Positions 1 through 12,525 of a DNA stretch of 64,000 nucleotides are shown here, one piece after another. A program made the position numbers and the translations under genes. The number at the start of each line of letters is the position of its first letter. Position 1 is the stretch's first letter. Source of the stretch: Camelus ferus (Eukaryota); the NCBI RefSeq assembly GCF_009834535.1, contig NC_045696.1:115880001-115944000 (forward strand), in the 5' to 3' direction. Below the pieces are notes generated by a model. The model was given only the letters and a program-made list of their open reading frames with translations, was not told the DNA's origin and made no database searches.

Positions 1-1223
1 TTCTTCACCTTTATTAAGGTAGTTTATTTTGTCTTTTTCATGGACTTATAAAAATGTTGTAGCCAATTCAGAACATTAGTGTTCTAACTTTTAACCAATA
101 AAGGATGCACACTTGGCCCCTTTTGATTATGTTTTATTTCACTCAAGGTGGTTATCTTTGATTTTTCTTCTTATTGAAAACTGGATATTTTGCCTCTTAG
201 AAGATTTCAATAGTTCATCTGCTTTCAACTTCTTGCCTCGTTGAAAACTGACAGAAAACAACTAACAGATTCAAGTTATGTAGGCATGGATTGTTCGTAT
301 GCCTGTTGCTGTTGGAAGACTGTTCTTGTGATCATGACAGCTGGGCTTTGCTGGTCCTGGCTCCGGTGTTTCTCCCTGGGGTCTGGCTTCCTGTATAAAT
401 GCCTCTGTGGGAGGATGATGTGCCCACTTCCAAAGTAACTACGAGAGACTGCTGACCCCCTTATGTGGTCCAACAAGGAAAGGCATAGGCACTGTTCAAG
501 GAACCCTTGCTCTTGGCTTCAGATCTTCCCTTGTCTCCAGAACAACAGCACGTCCTTGGTCACCTAGGATTGGGTGTCTCATCTGAAAACTGCAGAGGTT
601 TTTGGCATCATGAGCTTGAAAACATGTCTGAGATGATTTGGGGTTCTACCTAGTTGCTTTGAGCTTTTGAGAAAGGTTTTATCTGAACAAAGCCTTTCTC
701 TTAAAATATTGGAAACCTTTTGACCTGACTGACATCTCAGTTTCCTTCTGTTTTCCTGTATCTATCGTCACAGGAAAGAGTGCAGGGGCAGTGGGCTTCT
801 CTTTTCTCTAAAAGTAGACTTTGTGATCCCATTGCTTAGCCCAGAGAAAGAATAAAACCCATTGTGACCTGGTCTGAATATTAGCAAATTCAAGATTGAG
901 AGTCTCCCTGGGGTCCTCAGCTGAAGGCTTCAACCAAGAACATTCTAGAACTGAGATAAAAATAGATAAGGACGGCGCAAACAGCCTCCCAGTGCAGGAA
1001 CAAAAGAGCCCTATGCACTACCACACCTGTCAACTGCTTCCTGTTTTCATCAGATTTTTCTGTATTCAGGCACTAATTACCTGAAGGGTTACTGTTCACT
1101 TGCCTGAAGTTCCCTCTATATAGTTGAAATTATTACTGAGAAAAGCCATGATCAGACCACACATATTGCTACTGATCTCTTGTCCAAAGAAAAAGCTTAT
1201 GCCTTGCCCAGTGGACCTTACAC

Positions 1224-1404
1224 CAGTGGTTCGCAAAGTGTGGGACCAGGGCCAAGAGCATCAGTATCCCCTGGGAACTTGCTTGAAATGCAGGTCCTGA
1301 GGCCTCATCCCAGACTCTCCAAATCAGCATCTCTGAGGGTGGGCCCAGCCATCCGGGCCACCTTCCAGGTGATTCTGCTACACACTCAAGCTTGAGACTC
1401 ACTG
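1224..1404. mobile_element. MER5-type hAT-Charlie non-autonomous DNA transposon
   Basis: Ends CAGTGGTTCGCAAA...TTGAGACTCACTG are imperfect inverted repeats; internal MER5 motifs (GGGAACTTGCTTGAAATGCAG, AAATCAGCATCTCTG, GTGATTCTG); degenerate 8-bp flanks ccttacac/ctctaaac. Confidence 0.85.
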
Positions 1405-1907
1405 CTCTAAACTCACTCTTCCTCTGGGACTGGTGGGAAGTCCTGTGACTGAAGGGATATTACAGACACTAGAAGTAGTGACTTGCAAGATGGAAAATGT
1501 CCAGGTAAATTGCTGATTCAAGATATTTACCTTTTCCCTCCCCTCACTTCCTGCTGTTTCCCTCATGCAGAAAAATTAAAATATAAAAAGTTTTCCTTGA
1601 GGAGACTTTTATCTCCAAGAAAAAGGAGGAAGTCAGGACAGAATTTCAATAAAAAGGATTTCAGAAATAAGTGTGAGATTTGTGAGGGCTTTCAACTCTG
1701 ATCATTGATGCCAGTATACTGTCATGCCACTGTGACGTCATTAACCGAGGAGCTGTGACCCTGGGTATACACTGGCATTAGTGTCAGTGGCTCATTACTC
1801 CAGGTACATTGAAACTATCTTGTTGCTACAGGTCCTAGCTCATCTTCAGCCATTCCTCTTGGCTGTTCTCCCCACACCACCCCCAAACTTAATATTCTAA
1901 AATAAAG

Positions 1908-2411
1908 ACAATGGGATACTACTCAGCCATAAAAACGAATAAAATAATGCCATCCGCAGCAGCATGGATGGACCTGGAGATCATCATTCTAAGTGAACTA
2001 AGCCAGAAAGAGAAAGAAAAATACCATATGATATCACTCATACGTGGAATCTAAAAAAAATACAGAAAAAAGAGGCTACTAATGAACTCATTTACAAATC
2101 AGAAACAGTCTTGTGGACATAGTAAATAATCTTATGGCCACTGGCGAGAAAAGGGGTGGGAAGGGATAAATTTGGGAGTTTGAGATTTGCAAATGTTAAC
2201 CACTATATATAAAAATAGATTAAAAAAAAACAAATTTCTTCTGTATAGCACAGGGAACTATATTCAGTATTTTGTAATAACCTTTAATAAAAAAGAATAT
2301 GAAAAAGAATATGTGTGTGTGTGTGTATTTATGTATGCATGACTGGGACATTATGCTGTACACCAGAAACTGACACACTGTAACTGGCTATATGTCAATA
2401 AAAAAATAAAA

Positions 2412-2447
<36 letters not shown>

Positions 2448-2450
2448 ATA
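1908..2450 (+). mobile_element. Young L1 3' fragment (end of ORF2 + 3'UTR) with (AAAT)n tail
   Basis: ACAATGG.ATACTACTCAGCCATAAAAA, CATGGATGGACCTGGAGA, TGTATAGCACAGGGAACTATATTCA, GCTGTACACCAGAAACTGACAC; A-rich tail; high similarity to other copies in the window. Confidence 0.95.
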
Positions 2451-2989
2451 CCTAATCTATTACAGAAAGCTAGGTTGCACACTTCTGGAAAGCTTTCATG
2501 CCACCTGGAGCATAAATCTTGCTGAAAGCATTAACTCCAGCATTAGCTGGTTACTAGCTTCCTGCTGCAGTCTTTTCCAAGGAGGTGAAAATATTCTTTA
2601 TTTGCTCTTCTGATTGGCGGTATCCTGGGGTTTTAAACAACCATTTCTTCAGAAAGGCGGTGATATTAAAATGATGGGGATAGAACTATTTTTGGTATGT
2701 GTCATACATCACCTGTTTGCAAAGTGCTGTGAGACATTTGGATAAAAGGCAACATTTGGCTACACAAAAGACACTTTCAGTGGCCAAATTTACCTACAGA
2801 GACAATGTTCTTGTGATTATTTACACTTTATGATCATGCTCCATATGCCAGCTTACAGAATTCATGAAAGAAAATCCATGGTTTAATCCATATTCTAAAA
2901 GTCTTTGAAATATTGTGGGAGAAAGGCATTTTCTTGAAAGAAAAACTTAATAGTAGCCCCTTACCTCTTCATTGTGCTTTGTGGTTTAA

Positions 2990-3135
2990 AAAAGGGCTTT
3001 CATACATACTTTTCCAATAACTCTGTAGAGTAGAAAAGATGAGCATCATTATTTCATTTCTATAGACAAGAGACTGAAGCTCAGGGGGGTTAAAGGTGTT
3101 GCCAGAGTTATACAGCTAGTAAGTGGTAGAGTTCC
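2990..3135 (-). mobile_element. MIR SINE fragment
   Basis: Reverse MIR core: CATTTCTATAGACAAGAGACTGAAGCTCAGGGGGGTTAAAG...ACAGCTAGTAAGTGGTAGAG. Confidence 0.75.
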
Positions 3136-3805
3136 CGCCCAGAGACAGAAGGGTACCACTCATTTCTGCTTCTTGGAAAAAAGAAAAATGAGAAAAAGAG
3201 ACAGAAATCCTGTGAAAATGACTCAGATATACAAACGTTTCTACTTTCCCAAGTGCTTCTATCTTTCCCCACTGGCTAGTTTGAGCTACCTTGGAGTCAT
3301 CCTACCTGGGGTTCCACAGAATAACACAGAACCACACAGCAGACCTGAGAAGTGATTTATCTTCCATGTCAGAACACAGTCAGACTGCGGAGTAGAACAC
3401 TGGGGTGACAATGAGATCAGTTACAGAAGAGAAATAGGATCCAGTGGCAATCAATTTAGGGTTTACTACCTTTTGATAAAACTGCCACCCTGCAATGTTA
3501 TTATGAACAATGTTTTATAAAAAATCTTCTAATAGGTAAGTGTGAAGACCAGTAGTCAAAAGAATGTCCAGCAGGGTTTAGAAGAAACATAACAGAAAGC
3601 ATGGGTTCACTTACAAACCTTCCTTCATGAACTCTAAGCAATATGTGATGTGTCTTGTGCAGCTCATTGTAAGTGGGAGGAAATAAAACATGCACTGAGT
3701 GCCTGCCGTGCAAAGAAGGTGAAAATCTGGCCACTTCAACAGACACATCACTGAAGTCTCATGATAAACCTTTGCTGCAGATGTTCTGGCTTCCATGTTA
3801 CAGAT

Positions 3806-5070
3806 TCATTCCCTTAGCTTACAGTTACTGACTTTCTACTATGTGCTAATCCCTGATGAGAAATTTTTGAAAAGAGAATCTCTACCCTCAAATCACTCAT
3901 CCTCTACTAGAGGAGAAACACAGTGATGAAATCATATGGCAATGCAGTGATAGCAAACTGGCCAGCCCAAATATCCAGAGGGAACTCTAATTCAAAAAGA
4001 TACATACACCCCAATGTTCATAGCAGCACTATTTACAATAGCCAAGACATGGAAACAACCCAAATGTTCACTGATAGATGACTGGATGAAGAAGTTGTGG
4101 TATATTTATACAATGGAATATTACTCAGTCCATAAAAAAGAATAAAATAATGCCATTTGCAACAACATGGATGGACCTGGAGATCGTCATTCTAAGTGAA
4201 GTAAGCCAGAAAGAGAATGAAAAATACCATATGGTATCACTCATACATGGAATCTAAAAAAAGAAAAAAGACACTAATGAACTCATCTATAAAACAGAAA
4301 CAGACTCACAGATATAGTAAACAATCTTATGGTTACCAGGGGAAGAGAGGGTGGGAAGGGATAAATTGGGAGTTTGAGATTTGAAAATATTAACTACTAT
4401 ATATAAAAATAGATAAAAAACAAAAATTCTTCTCTATAGCACAGAGAACTATATTCAATATCTGTAGCAAACATTAATGAAAAAGAATATGAAAACAAAT
4501 ATATGTATGTATATGTATGATTGAAACATTATGCTGTACACCAGAAATTGACACATTGTAACTGACTATAATTCAATTTAAAAAAAAAAAAAACTGTCCA
4601 ACCATATTATGGGGCTTGAGAAGGGGCAGCTAGCTGAGTTGAGTCTTAAACAGTAAGGAAGATTTAATCAATGATGGGAAAAGGAGAGGAGAATTCCATG
4701 GAGACATGCAGATCAGGCAAAGAAATGGAGACAAGAAATGATAGAGTATGTGGGAGAAATTTTTAAAATCAAGGGGAAATTTTTAAAAAATTATAAAATG
4801 GGAGAAGTGGCAGGTAAGTGGGGCAAGACATGCTTGGCTTTGTGTGAGGATGGTAGGGACTCACTGAAGAGAGAAATGGAACATAGTGAGATGAGAAGTC
4901 TAGGTTGACCGCTCTCTGCAGGATGGCAGATGGAATGGAGAGGAGCAGGCCTGGGAAGAAGTGGTCAGGAGGGCACCCCATAGTGATGTGGACAAGAGAT
5001 GATGAAGGGTTGAGTTTTCACAGTGAAACTAAGGATGGAAATAACAACAGATATTTAAGATGCATTAGGA
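3806..5070 (-). mobile_element. L2 LINE remnant interrupted by a young L1
   Basis: Reverse L2 3'-end motifs (CATTC.., TTACTGACTTTCTACTATGTGC, CCCTCAA) and purine-rich L2 body (GCTGAGTTGAGTCTTAAA...GAGATGATGAAGG) on both sides of the L1 at 3971-4590. Confidence 0.6.
3971..4590 (+). mobile_element. Young 5'-truncated L1 (ORF2 C-terminus + 3'UTR + poly(A))
   Basis: CACCCCAATGTTCATAGCAGCACTATTTACAATAGCCAAGACATGG motif; poly(A); TSD aaactggccagcc (3955-3967) / aaactgtccaacc (4591-4603). Confidence 0.95.
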
Positions 5071-5110
5071 ACAAATGAAAAAGAAGTGTCAGTATTTAAT
5101 GATTAAAAAA

Positions 5111-5740
5111 ATATATCCAGAGAAAACTCTAATTTGAATAGATACATGGACCTCAGTGTTCATAGCAGCACTATTTACAATGGTCAAGACATGGAAACAA
5201 CCTAAGTGTTCATCAATAGATGACTGGATAAAGAAGTTGTGATATATTTATACAATGGAATACTACTCAGCCAAAAAAAAAAAGAATGAAATAATGCCAT
5301 TTGCAGCAACATGGATGGGCCCAGAGATGATCAATCCAAGTGAATAAGTCAGACAGAGAAAGAAAAATATCATATGATATCACTTATATGCAGAAACTTT
5401 TAAAAATGATGCAAGTGAACTTATTTACAAAACAGAAACAGACTCACAGACATCAAAAACAAACATGTGGTTGGTCAGGGGGAGGGATAAATTCAGAGTT
5501 TGGGATTTGCAGATACAAACTACTATACATAAAATAGATAAACAACAAGGACCTACTGTATAGCACAGGGAACTGTATTCAATATCTTGTAACAACATTT
5601 AATGGAAAAAATATACATATGTGTAACAATCATTAGAAACTGACACAACATTGTAAATCACCTACAGTTCAATTGTAAAAAGGAAGGAAGGAAAGAAAGA
5701 AGGAAGGAAGGGAGGAAGGAAAGAAGAAAGGAAAAAAAAG
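5111..5740 (+). mobile_element. Young 5'-truncated L1 3' end with (GGAA)n-converted tail
   Basis: Same L1 3' motifs as 3971-4590; tail 5677-5740 is AAGG/AAAG repeats. Confidence 0.93.
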
Positions 5741-7789
5741 GACATTAAAATCTCTATAGGCCGGAACAGGGAAAAGATGAAGAAATAAACTCTGTTAAGT
5801 TAAATGTTTTTCTCAAGGAAACATGATCAGAATGTGGTGGGGCTGGATTCCAACCCATGACGGCCTAGAAGAATAAGGGATTAGGACCCTCTCTTGCATA
5901 GACTGCAAATTTCCAACTCAGGAAACATAACTAATACACTAGATTTAACTCCATATGTGTGCATTCATTACTACATAACTTGTTTTCCCCAATTTTTATA
6001 GGTATGTTTACATCCTACGCCCCAGCATTGGGGGTGAGGGTGCATGGTGAAAAAAAAAAGACATCTTTTAGCTTTCTCTAGAGAAATCTAAGTTGAAAGG
6101 TTCTTTTGGAGACAAATCTTAAAACACATGGAATGGCTCAGAACAAGTAATAGAACAAAGACAGCAAAATATTTTTTTTAGTCATAGAGCAGAGGTTTTC
6201 ATGAAGCACAACTTAGAATTTTCTTTTACTGAAATAAGTGCAAACTGCTGTTTTTCATCTACAGAGAAGTCTTCTTGGTGTGCAGCATCTTTGACTCATC
6301 TGAGGACACTTGAGTCCCAGTGTCTGGTAGGGCAAATATGAGGAGAGTAGACAGGACCTCCGTCGGGGGAAAGAGGACCAGGACCCTTGCACCTGGCAAA
6401 GGCTGATCCTGCCAACCTATGTGGTAGCCAGAGAAACTGCTGGAGAGTAAGTACATGGGGCCGAGGAGCGCCTTCTGGGAGAGAACGGAATCACCAGTCC
6501 ATCCGGAAGAGCCCCATGGATGGTCCTCCCCGGGAAATGGCCCCACGTCTGCACAGGGGGATCTCAGTCCTGAGATGCTCTGGCCGCAGATTTGGCACTG
6601 AGCACGTGGAGACAGGGTGCAGGCTGCCCGTGGAAGTCCATCTGGACAGACTTCTTCTCAAAGTGCCCATGCAAACAGAGTCTTTACCAATGAGCATGCA
6701 GCTGAAAGCTTCGTCACCTAGGTAGCCCCAGTGTGGACCTGGCTACAGCTCAGGCAAGGACCTTGCAAGGCTAAGGCATCGTGGCAGTGATGGTCATTCC
6801 TTGGGCCATGCAAGATGCATTTTCAACAGTGACCGCACGTCGCCGCAGCAGAAGAACCACAGCAGGAGTTGATGCCAATTCCCTAAGCCCGGTAGGGCCT
6901 GTAATTCACTCCGTTAGGCTGAATTAGCAACTAGGGTTCATACAACATTTGAGAACCAGGACAGGCAGGAGGGTCTCGAGCACTGGATTGCTTGTTAACA
7001 GAATCTGTGAGAGCTAAGTAATTAATCAAGATAGCAAAAGTGATCCGAACATATTTGTGCTTCCAGCTGGTGAAACTGAATATACTAGATTAATTAAATC
7101 TTTAAAACAATTCTCTACATTATTTCTATTTATTTTGGCTTTATCTATGCACTTTATTTGTATTGTATATAGGCTTTACAAAGCACTTTGTCATCAGATG
7201 ACAGATCTTCCCAGTGGCATTATAACGTACTCTAAAAAACCACCCTAGAATGTCCAGTTTACAGATGAGGAAAATAATGACATAGTTGACATCAGGTCCC
7301 TACTCTAGCGTTTTAACTCTGGTCCAAGGTAGCACCAGGCATATTCTATTCATCACTCGGTCTCCTGCCTCCCTCCGAAAAGCTCCAATCTGCATGGCTG
7401 TTTGCAAATTAAAACAGAAGTCCAAATTACAAGAAAGCAAGCTGACTCTGACACTAATATTAATTCCTCTGAAATCGCTGGTCTTTTCCATTAGCAGCCT
7501 CTTTCTGAGACGTTTATTGCTCTTGGCTTGAACTGAGGTCATTAAAATACTCGTGCACAGGTTCTCTAAAAGCCTGCTGAAAAGCTTTCTCCACCATTTT
7601 GGGTACCACTTTTTCTTTGCATAGATTCAGAGAGAAGATACCAAAAAACAGGCCCCAGGGCTGCCGTGTGTGCCTCTTTGCTTTTGTTTTATCACCTGAG
7701 TTCCCGAGCCTGTTCAGAATTCACCCCTGGATATATTGTATCATCCCAGAGAGAAGACTATATACTTTATTTCAAACGTAGGTCCGAAG

Positions 7790-8260
7790 GAAAGTAAATA
7801 TATAAATTAAGTAACCTCCTCGGTATGGCATAAATTCCAGCTAACCTCAACCCGATTTTGCACATCCACCTAACGGGGTCCGGCATAAAAAGCACGCTCC
7901 GAGGCGAGATGAATCACCGCAGTTTTATTAACCGCGCGGAATTAGCCTCCTCACCCTGGAATATTTTACAGCATCATTTTAGGGCAGTCACTGTCACCAA
8001 ATAAACTACAAAGTAGTGACTGATGAAGTAGGACTAGACAGCTTGACGGATCTAGATGACTTGGAAAAGAGAAGTATTTTGCCAAGCGCTGCAACAATAA
8101 AGCAATTCTGATGCTCATAAAAGGAGATAACGGATGGTGGCAAATCTCCGCTGAACCAGGACCTGGGAAAATTACCTGGTGAGGATAAATCGGACATCAA
8201 GAGCCTTGGTATTTTCAAATGCATGAGCTGGCTTTTGTTTTTATTTGGCTTATTTTTAGA
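7790..8260. promoter_or_regulatory. Candidate enhancer-like non-coding element (local CpG cluster with posterior Hox/Cdx-type motifs)
   Basis: Repeat-free; roughly a dozen CpGs in 7820-7940; CATAAAA, TTTTATTA, CATAAA and AATTA motifs. Function is inferred only. Confidence 0.35.
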
Positions 8261-9234
8261 TCTCATAACAGAAGGCAATAATAATTCTGAGCATACTGTA
8301 TTTTATCTCTGTGGCCAAACACATCATACACTCATCATACACTTAACGTGTGGGAGAAAAATAACCAGACAGTAATATAGAGAGCTGCTCAAATTGATCA
8401 CGAAGCCGTTGCACACCAGGAATGAATGATATATGTCTTTTTTTTTTCCCCAAAAAACATTCTGACTGGCCCCTTTATTCATCTAGAAAAAGATGAGCCT
8501 TTTCCCCAGAAGAAAGGGAGTGGCATATTAAACAGTTTCAGAGGTAATGGAATTTTAAAATGTTAAGTATGTAATGTAATTTTGGCAATGTTTAAGAGTG
8601 GGCAGAATATTTTTCATTCTGTGAAAGAGAAACTCCAGTCTCTTGAGTATAATAAATGTTTAAAAATTGATTGGCTATTGAAAGATGATGTCCCGGATTA
8701 CATAAAGAGTTACCGTCCTAAAACCAGATCTGAAGGTTTCACCCACCTGGTGCACAGATTTTTGCCAACAGGAGAAAACCCCACCCATTTAAACTGGCCC
8801 ACTTGACCTCTGCTGTTGGTCCCAAACTGTCTTTCCAAATTTAGCTCCCCTCTTTCACCCTGGAACACCCAGCTCTAAGGTCCTATGTCCTTTCTTTCTT
8901 TAATACCTATGCACATGGCTTTTCTCTGCCGGGAACAGCAGTACCTTCTCTACCTATTCATTCTCCAGCATCAGTCCCTCTGCTCTGGTCCCTTCATGCT
9001 CTGAACCTCCCTCTTCAAGATACTTCAATCCTTACTGGCAGTTTTTGTTTAAGGCTTAACTCTCGCAGTGGATGATAAAACAGGAATGGGCTGGGACTCT
9101 GTTAGACGTCTGAGAATCCACACCTAGATACCCCAGCGCCCTGCGCAGGTTCTAAAATAGAACAGGCACTTCATGAGTGTTGGAATTAAGTAAACCTCGT
9201 CTTTCAACTGTGTTTGTGTTCATTCTCCTCATTG

Positions 9235-9357
9235 CTCAGAGATTCCTAGACAACTAGGATTCTGTTCTACTTGCCACACTATTTTTAATTCAGGTGTCTA
9301 GCAGAATGCTTGGCACACAGAAAATACTCATTAATTTTTTTTAACTGAATAAATAAG
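9235..9357 (+). mobile_element. L2 3' end
   Basis: GTGTCTAGCAGAATGCTTGGCACACAGAAAATACTCATTAA...ACTGAATAAAT terminal motif. Confidence 0.7.
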
Positions 9358-9371
9358 AAAATTAGACACAA

Positions 9372-9564
9372 AGATCCAGATTTTAATCTAGGCTACCACT
9401 TACTAACTTAAAGACTGGAGCCAGTTCTTAAATTTTCTTAGCTAAAAAAAAATGATAATAAAATTATCTACTGTAGAGTTATTCTGAAGATTAACAGCAG
9501 TGACATGTATATGGAATAGGCTAGTGTTTGACACACATCCATGCTCAATAAATGTTGGTTTATT
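9372..9564 (+). mobile_element. MIR SINE
   Basis: TTTTAATCTAGGCTACCACTTACTAACT...AAAATGATAATA...TTCTGAAGATTAA...ATGCTCAATAAATGTTGG. Confidence 0.7.
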
Positions 9565-10065
9565 CTCTCTTCCTGCCTCCTCTGTTTCAGTGAGGAACCT
9601 TTTGAATTGCAGGTCACAGAACACCCAGTAGACAGGACCTTAAACAAATGACCTATTTTTCTTAAGTAGCAAGTAGTACAGCCATAAACGAAAGTAGGTG
9701 GCTTTTTCCTAATTTATTGACACCCCCTGGCTAGAGTCAGGTGAAGACCTAGCAGCTCTCTGTGTCTACGGCTCTGAATAAGACCACCCCTTCTCCAGCC
9801 TCCACATCACCATCACCAGGTAAAAAGAGGCTCCCCAAAATTCTGTCTGCTCCTCGCAAGCCCCCTCTCATCCCAGTGTTTACCCACACTATCTGCCTTG
9901 TGACCATCAGGGCTAATTTAATTACATACTCTTATATTGTATGACACAAAGCCCGGAACTCAAGCCATCTTTTGCTTTCCAGATTCCGATTCCCATGTGA
10001 AACAAGCCCACAGCCTGGCACTTCCTAGCCCTTCTTTTCCCTCCTTTAATTCTCTCCTAAGAACG

Positions 10066-10119
10066 CTTTTGCTTTGCTTTTCTTCTCTTTTCTTTTCTTT
10101 TCTTTTTTTCTTCTCCTTT

Positions 10120-10187
<68 letters not shown>

Positions 10188-10210
10188 TCCTTTCTTTCTT
10201 TCTTTCTTTC

Positions 10211-10281
<71 letters not shown>

Positions 10282-10345
10282 CTTTCTTTCTTTCCTTTTC
10301 TTTCCCTTTTCTTTCCTTTTCTTTCCTGTTTTCTTTCTTTTTTTC
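10066..10345. repeat. Long (CTTT)n/(TTTC)n polypyrimidine microsatellite
   Basis: About 280 bp of almost pure C/T with long perfect TTTC runs; explains the K/E/R-rich and F/L/S-rich ORFs in the track. Confidence 0.98.
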
Positions 10346-10407
10346 CCATTTTGACATACCATAGACACACACATACCTAGAAATTCTGCTTTCTGTCTCA
10401 CTTCTCA

Positions 10408-10536
10408 TACTAGAATGTAAGGTCCATGAAATCAGGAATTTCTGTCTGTTGTTTCCATTGCTGTATCTCCAAAATCTAAAAGAGTATGTTAGCACCATGC
10501 AAATGTCCAATGAACATTTGTTGAAAATGGAATAAA
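10408..10536 (+). mobile_element. L2 3' end
   Basis: ACTAGAATGTAAGGTCCATGA...TCTGTCTGTTGTTTCCATTGCTGTATCTCC...AATGAACATTTGTTGAA. Confidence 0.8.
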
Positions 10537-11359
10537 GAGCTGACGCATTGACTCAGACGTTCATTGGTGATGTCAAGACTTAGGTCCTTCCCATATTTTA
10601 GCTCCATTCTTTTAGCATATTGAGTGGTAGGATGGCTTCTCCACTTTAAGCATCAGTCACATTTCAATGAGATGGCAAACGCTTCACAAGCTTTTGTTTT
10701 TTTAAATATCCTACCCTCTTTCTCTATTCTTAAAAATGTATCTTTCCCCAAATGCTTTTGGCAGACATCTTTTTTTTTAAATGAAGTAAGCCAGCTTCTA
10801 CTTGCATTTTATTCATTAGAATTGTATCACATGATACCCTTAACTTCAAGGGAGGATGTCAGTCCAGTTTAAATTTCCTAGTTAGCAAAGGAAGACAGGA
10901 GGGATTGGAAATAGGTTTTGAGTTAAACAATACATAATTTATACCACAAATGTCTCTATAACCTTGCATATTATTTATTTGATGAATGAATTTATTTCAT
11001 TCATTATTTACTTAATGAATGAATTAGAATTTAAAGCACCATGTATTACATGGAAAATAGCAGGTAAGGAATCTTAAATGTAGTATAATTTCATAGCTTG
11101 GAAGAGAAGGTAGATACATAATTTTATATCAGAGAAAGAGCAGGGGTACTGATACTCCAAAATTGTAGAGAATACAAACCCACCATTTACATTTGGCTTT
11201 GGAAAGTGTCTTGAATTTTTATTTGAAGCTTGCTTGCTCAGACTGACTCAGGGTTTACCTTCTATAGTTTACCTCTCATTTTTAAAAAATGAGCAGTGCA
11301 TGAATTGGAAATGGCCTGAAAAGAAAGACAGCTACCCCTTGAATGTTTTCTTTTATTCT

Positions 11360-11580
11360 AGATACTTTGCATACACTGAGTCATTTAACCAACACTACAA
11401 CAATCCTTCAAGATAAGTGTTATTATTTTGATGTAGAGACACATTATCATCACCTGTTTTAGAGATGAGGAAACTGAGGTTCAGGAATTTTTTTTTTAAA
11501 CTTTTCATTTTGGTAAATGCAAGAGCCACTATTTGAGCAAAGTTTGGTTTGACCCCAGAGTGCGGCTGTTCTGTGCTCCT
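11360..11580 (-). mobile_element. MIR SINE
   Basis: TCATTTAACC...CCTGTTTTAGAGATGAGGAAACTGAGGTTCAG core. Confidence 0.8.
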
Positions 11581-11806
11581 CCTCACACAGAAGGGTTATT
11601 GTGATCGCAACGTGTCATCAAAAGTTTTGCTCTGCAATATAATTTGCTCATTTCCTCTTCCCAGTCCAGACATTGACCCATCCTAGATGAACCACATTCC
11701 CCCAGATGATTCAAGGTTGACCTTCCCCAGGGACTCTTGGATCAAAGAGAAAACAGGAAGTGACTAGATTTTTAAGGCTTCCTTCAAATAAAAAATAAAA
11801 TCAGGA

Positions 11807-11964
11807 CCACCATGGAAAATGGTATGGAGGGTCCTTAAAAAGCTAAAAATAGAGTGACCATATGATCTAGCAATCCTACTCCTGGGCATATATCGGGAGG
11901 AAACTCTAATTCAAAAAGATGCACACATTGACACAACATTGTAAACTGACTATACTTCAGTAAA

Positions 11965-12009
<45 letters not shown>

Positions 12010-12525
12010 TACACACAAAAGATACACGCACCTCAAGGTTCATAGCAACACATTTACAATAACCAAGACAAGGAAGCAACCTAAATGTCCATCAACAGAT
12101 GAGTGGATAGAGAAGTTGTAGTATATTTATACAATGGAATACTACTCAGCCATTGAAAAAAAAATGAAATAATGCCATTTGCAGCAATAAGGATGGACCT
12201 AAAGATGATCATACTAAGTGAAGTAAGACAGAGAAAGGCAAATATCATATGACAGCACTTATACATGGAATGTAAAATATGATATAAAAGAACTTATTTA
12301 CAAACAGAAACAGACTCACAGACATAGAAAACAAATGTGTGGCTACCAAAGGGGAAAGGGAGGAGGGGGGATAAATTGAGAGCTTGTGATTAACAGATAA
12401 CACTACTGTATATAAAATAGATAAACAAAGACCTACTGTGTACCTACTGTGGACACTCAATATCTTGTAATAACCTGCGATGGAAAAGAATATGAAAAAG
12501 AATCTATATATACATATATGCATTG
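11807..12525 (+). mobile_element. Young L1 3' fragment carrying a nested tiny L1 insertion
   Basis: CATGGAAAATGGTATGGAGG..CCATATGATCTAGCAATCCTACTCCTGGGCATATA and downstream 3'UTR motifs; fades into AT-rich sequence 12525-12600. Confidence 0.93.
11927..12016 (+). mobile_element. Ultra-short L1 terminal fragment with A/(TA)n/(CA)n tail, nested in another L1
   Basis: ATTGACACAACATTGTAAACTGACTATACTTCA + tail; TSD aaaagatgcacac (11914-11926) / aaaagatacacgc (12017-12029). Confidence 0.85.

Noticed and set aside
9937..10510. Longest ORFs in the track (96-154 aa, K/E/R-rich or F/L/S-rich)
   Set aside because: Translations of the (TTTC)n microsatellite, not genes
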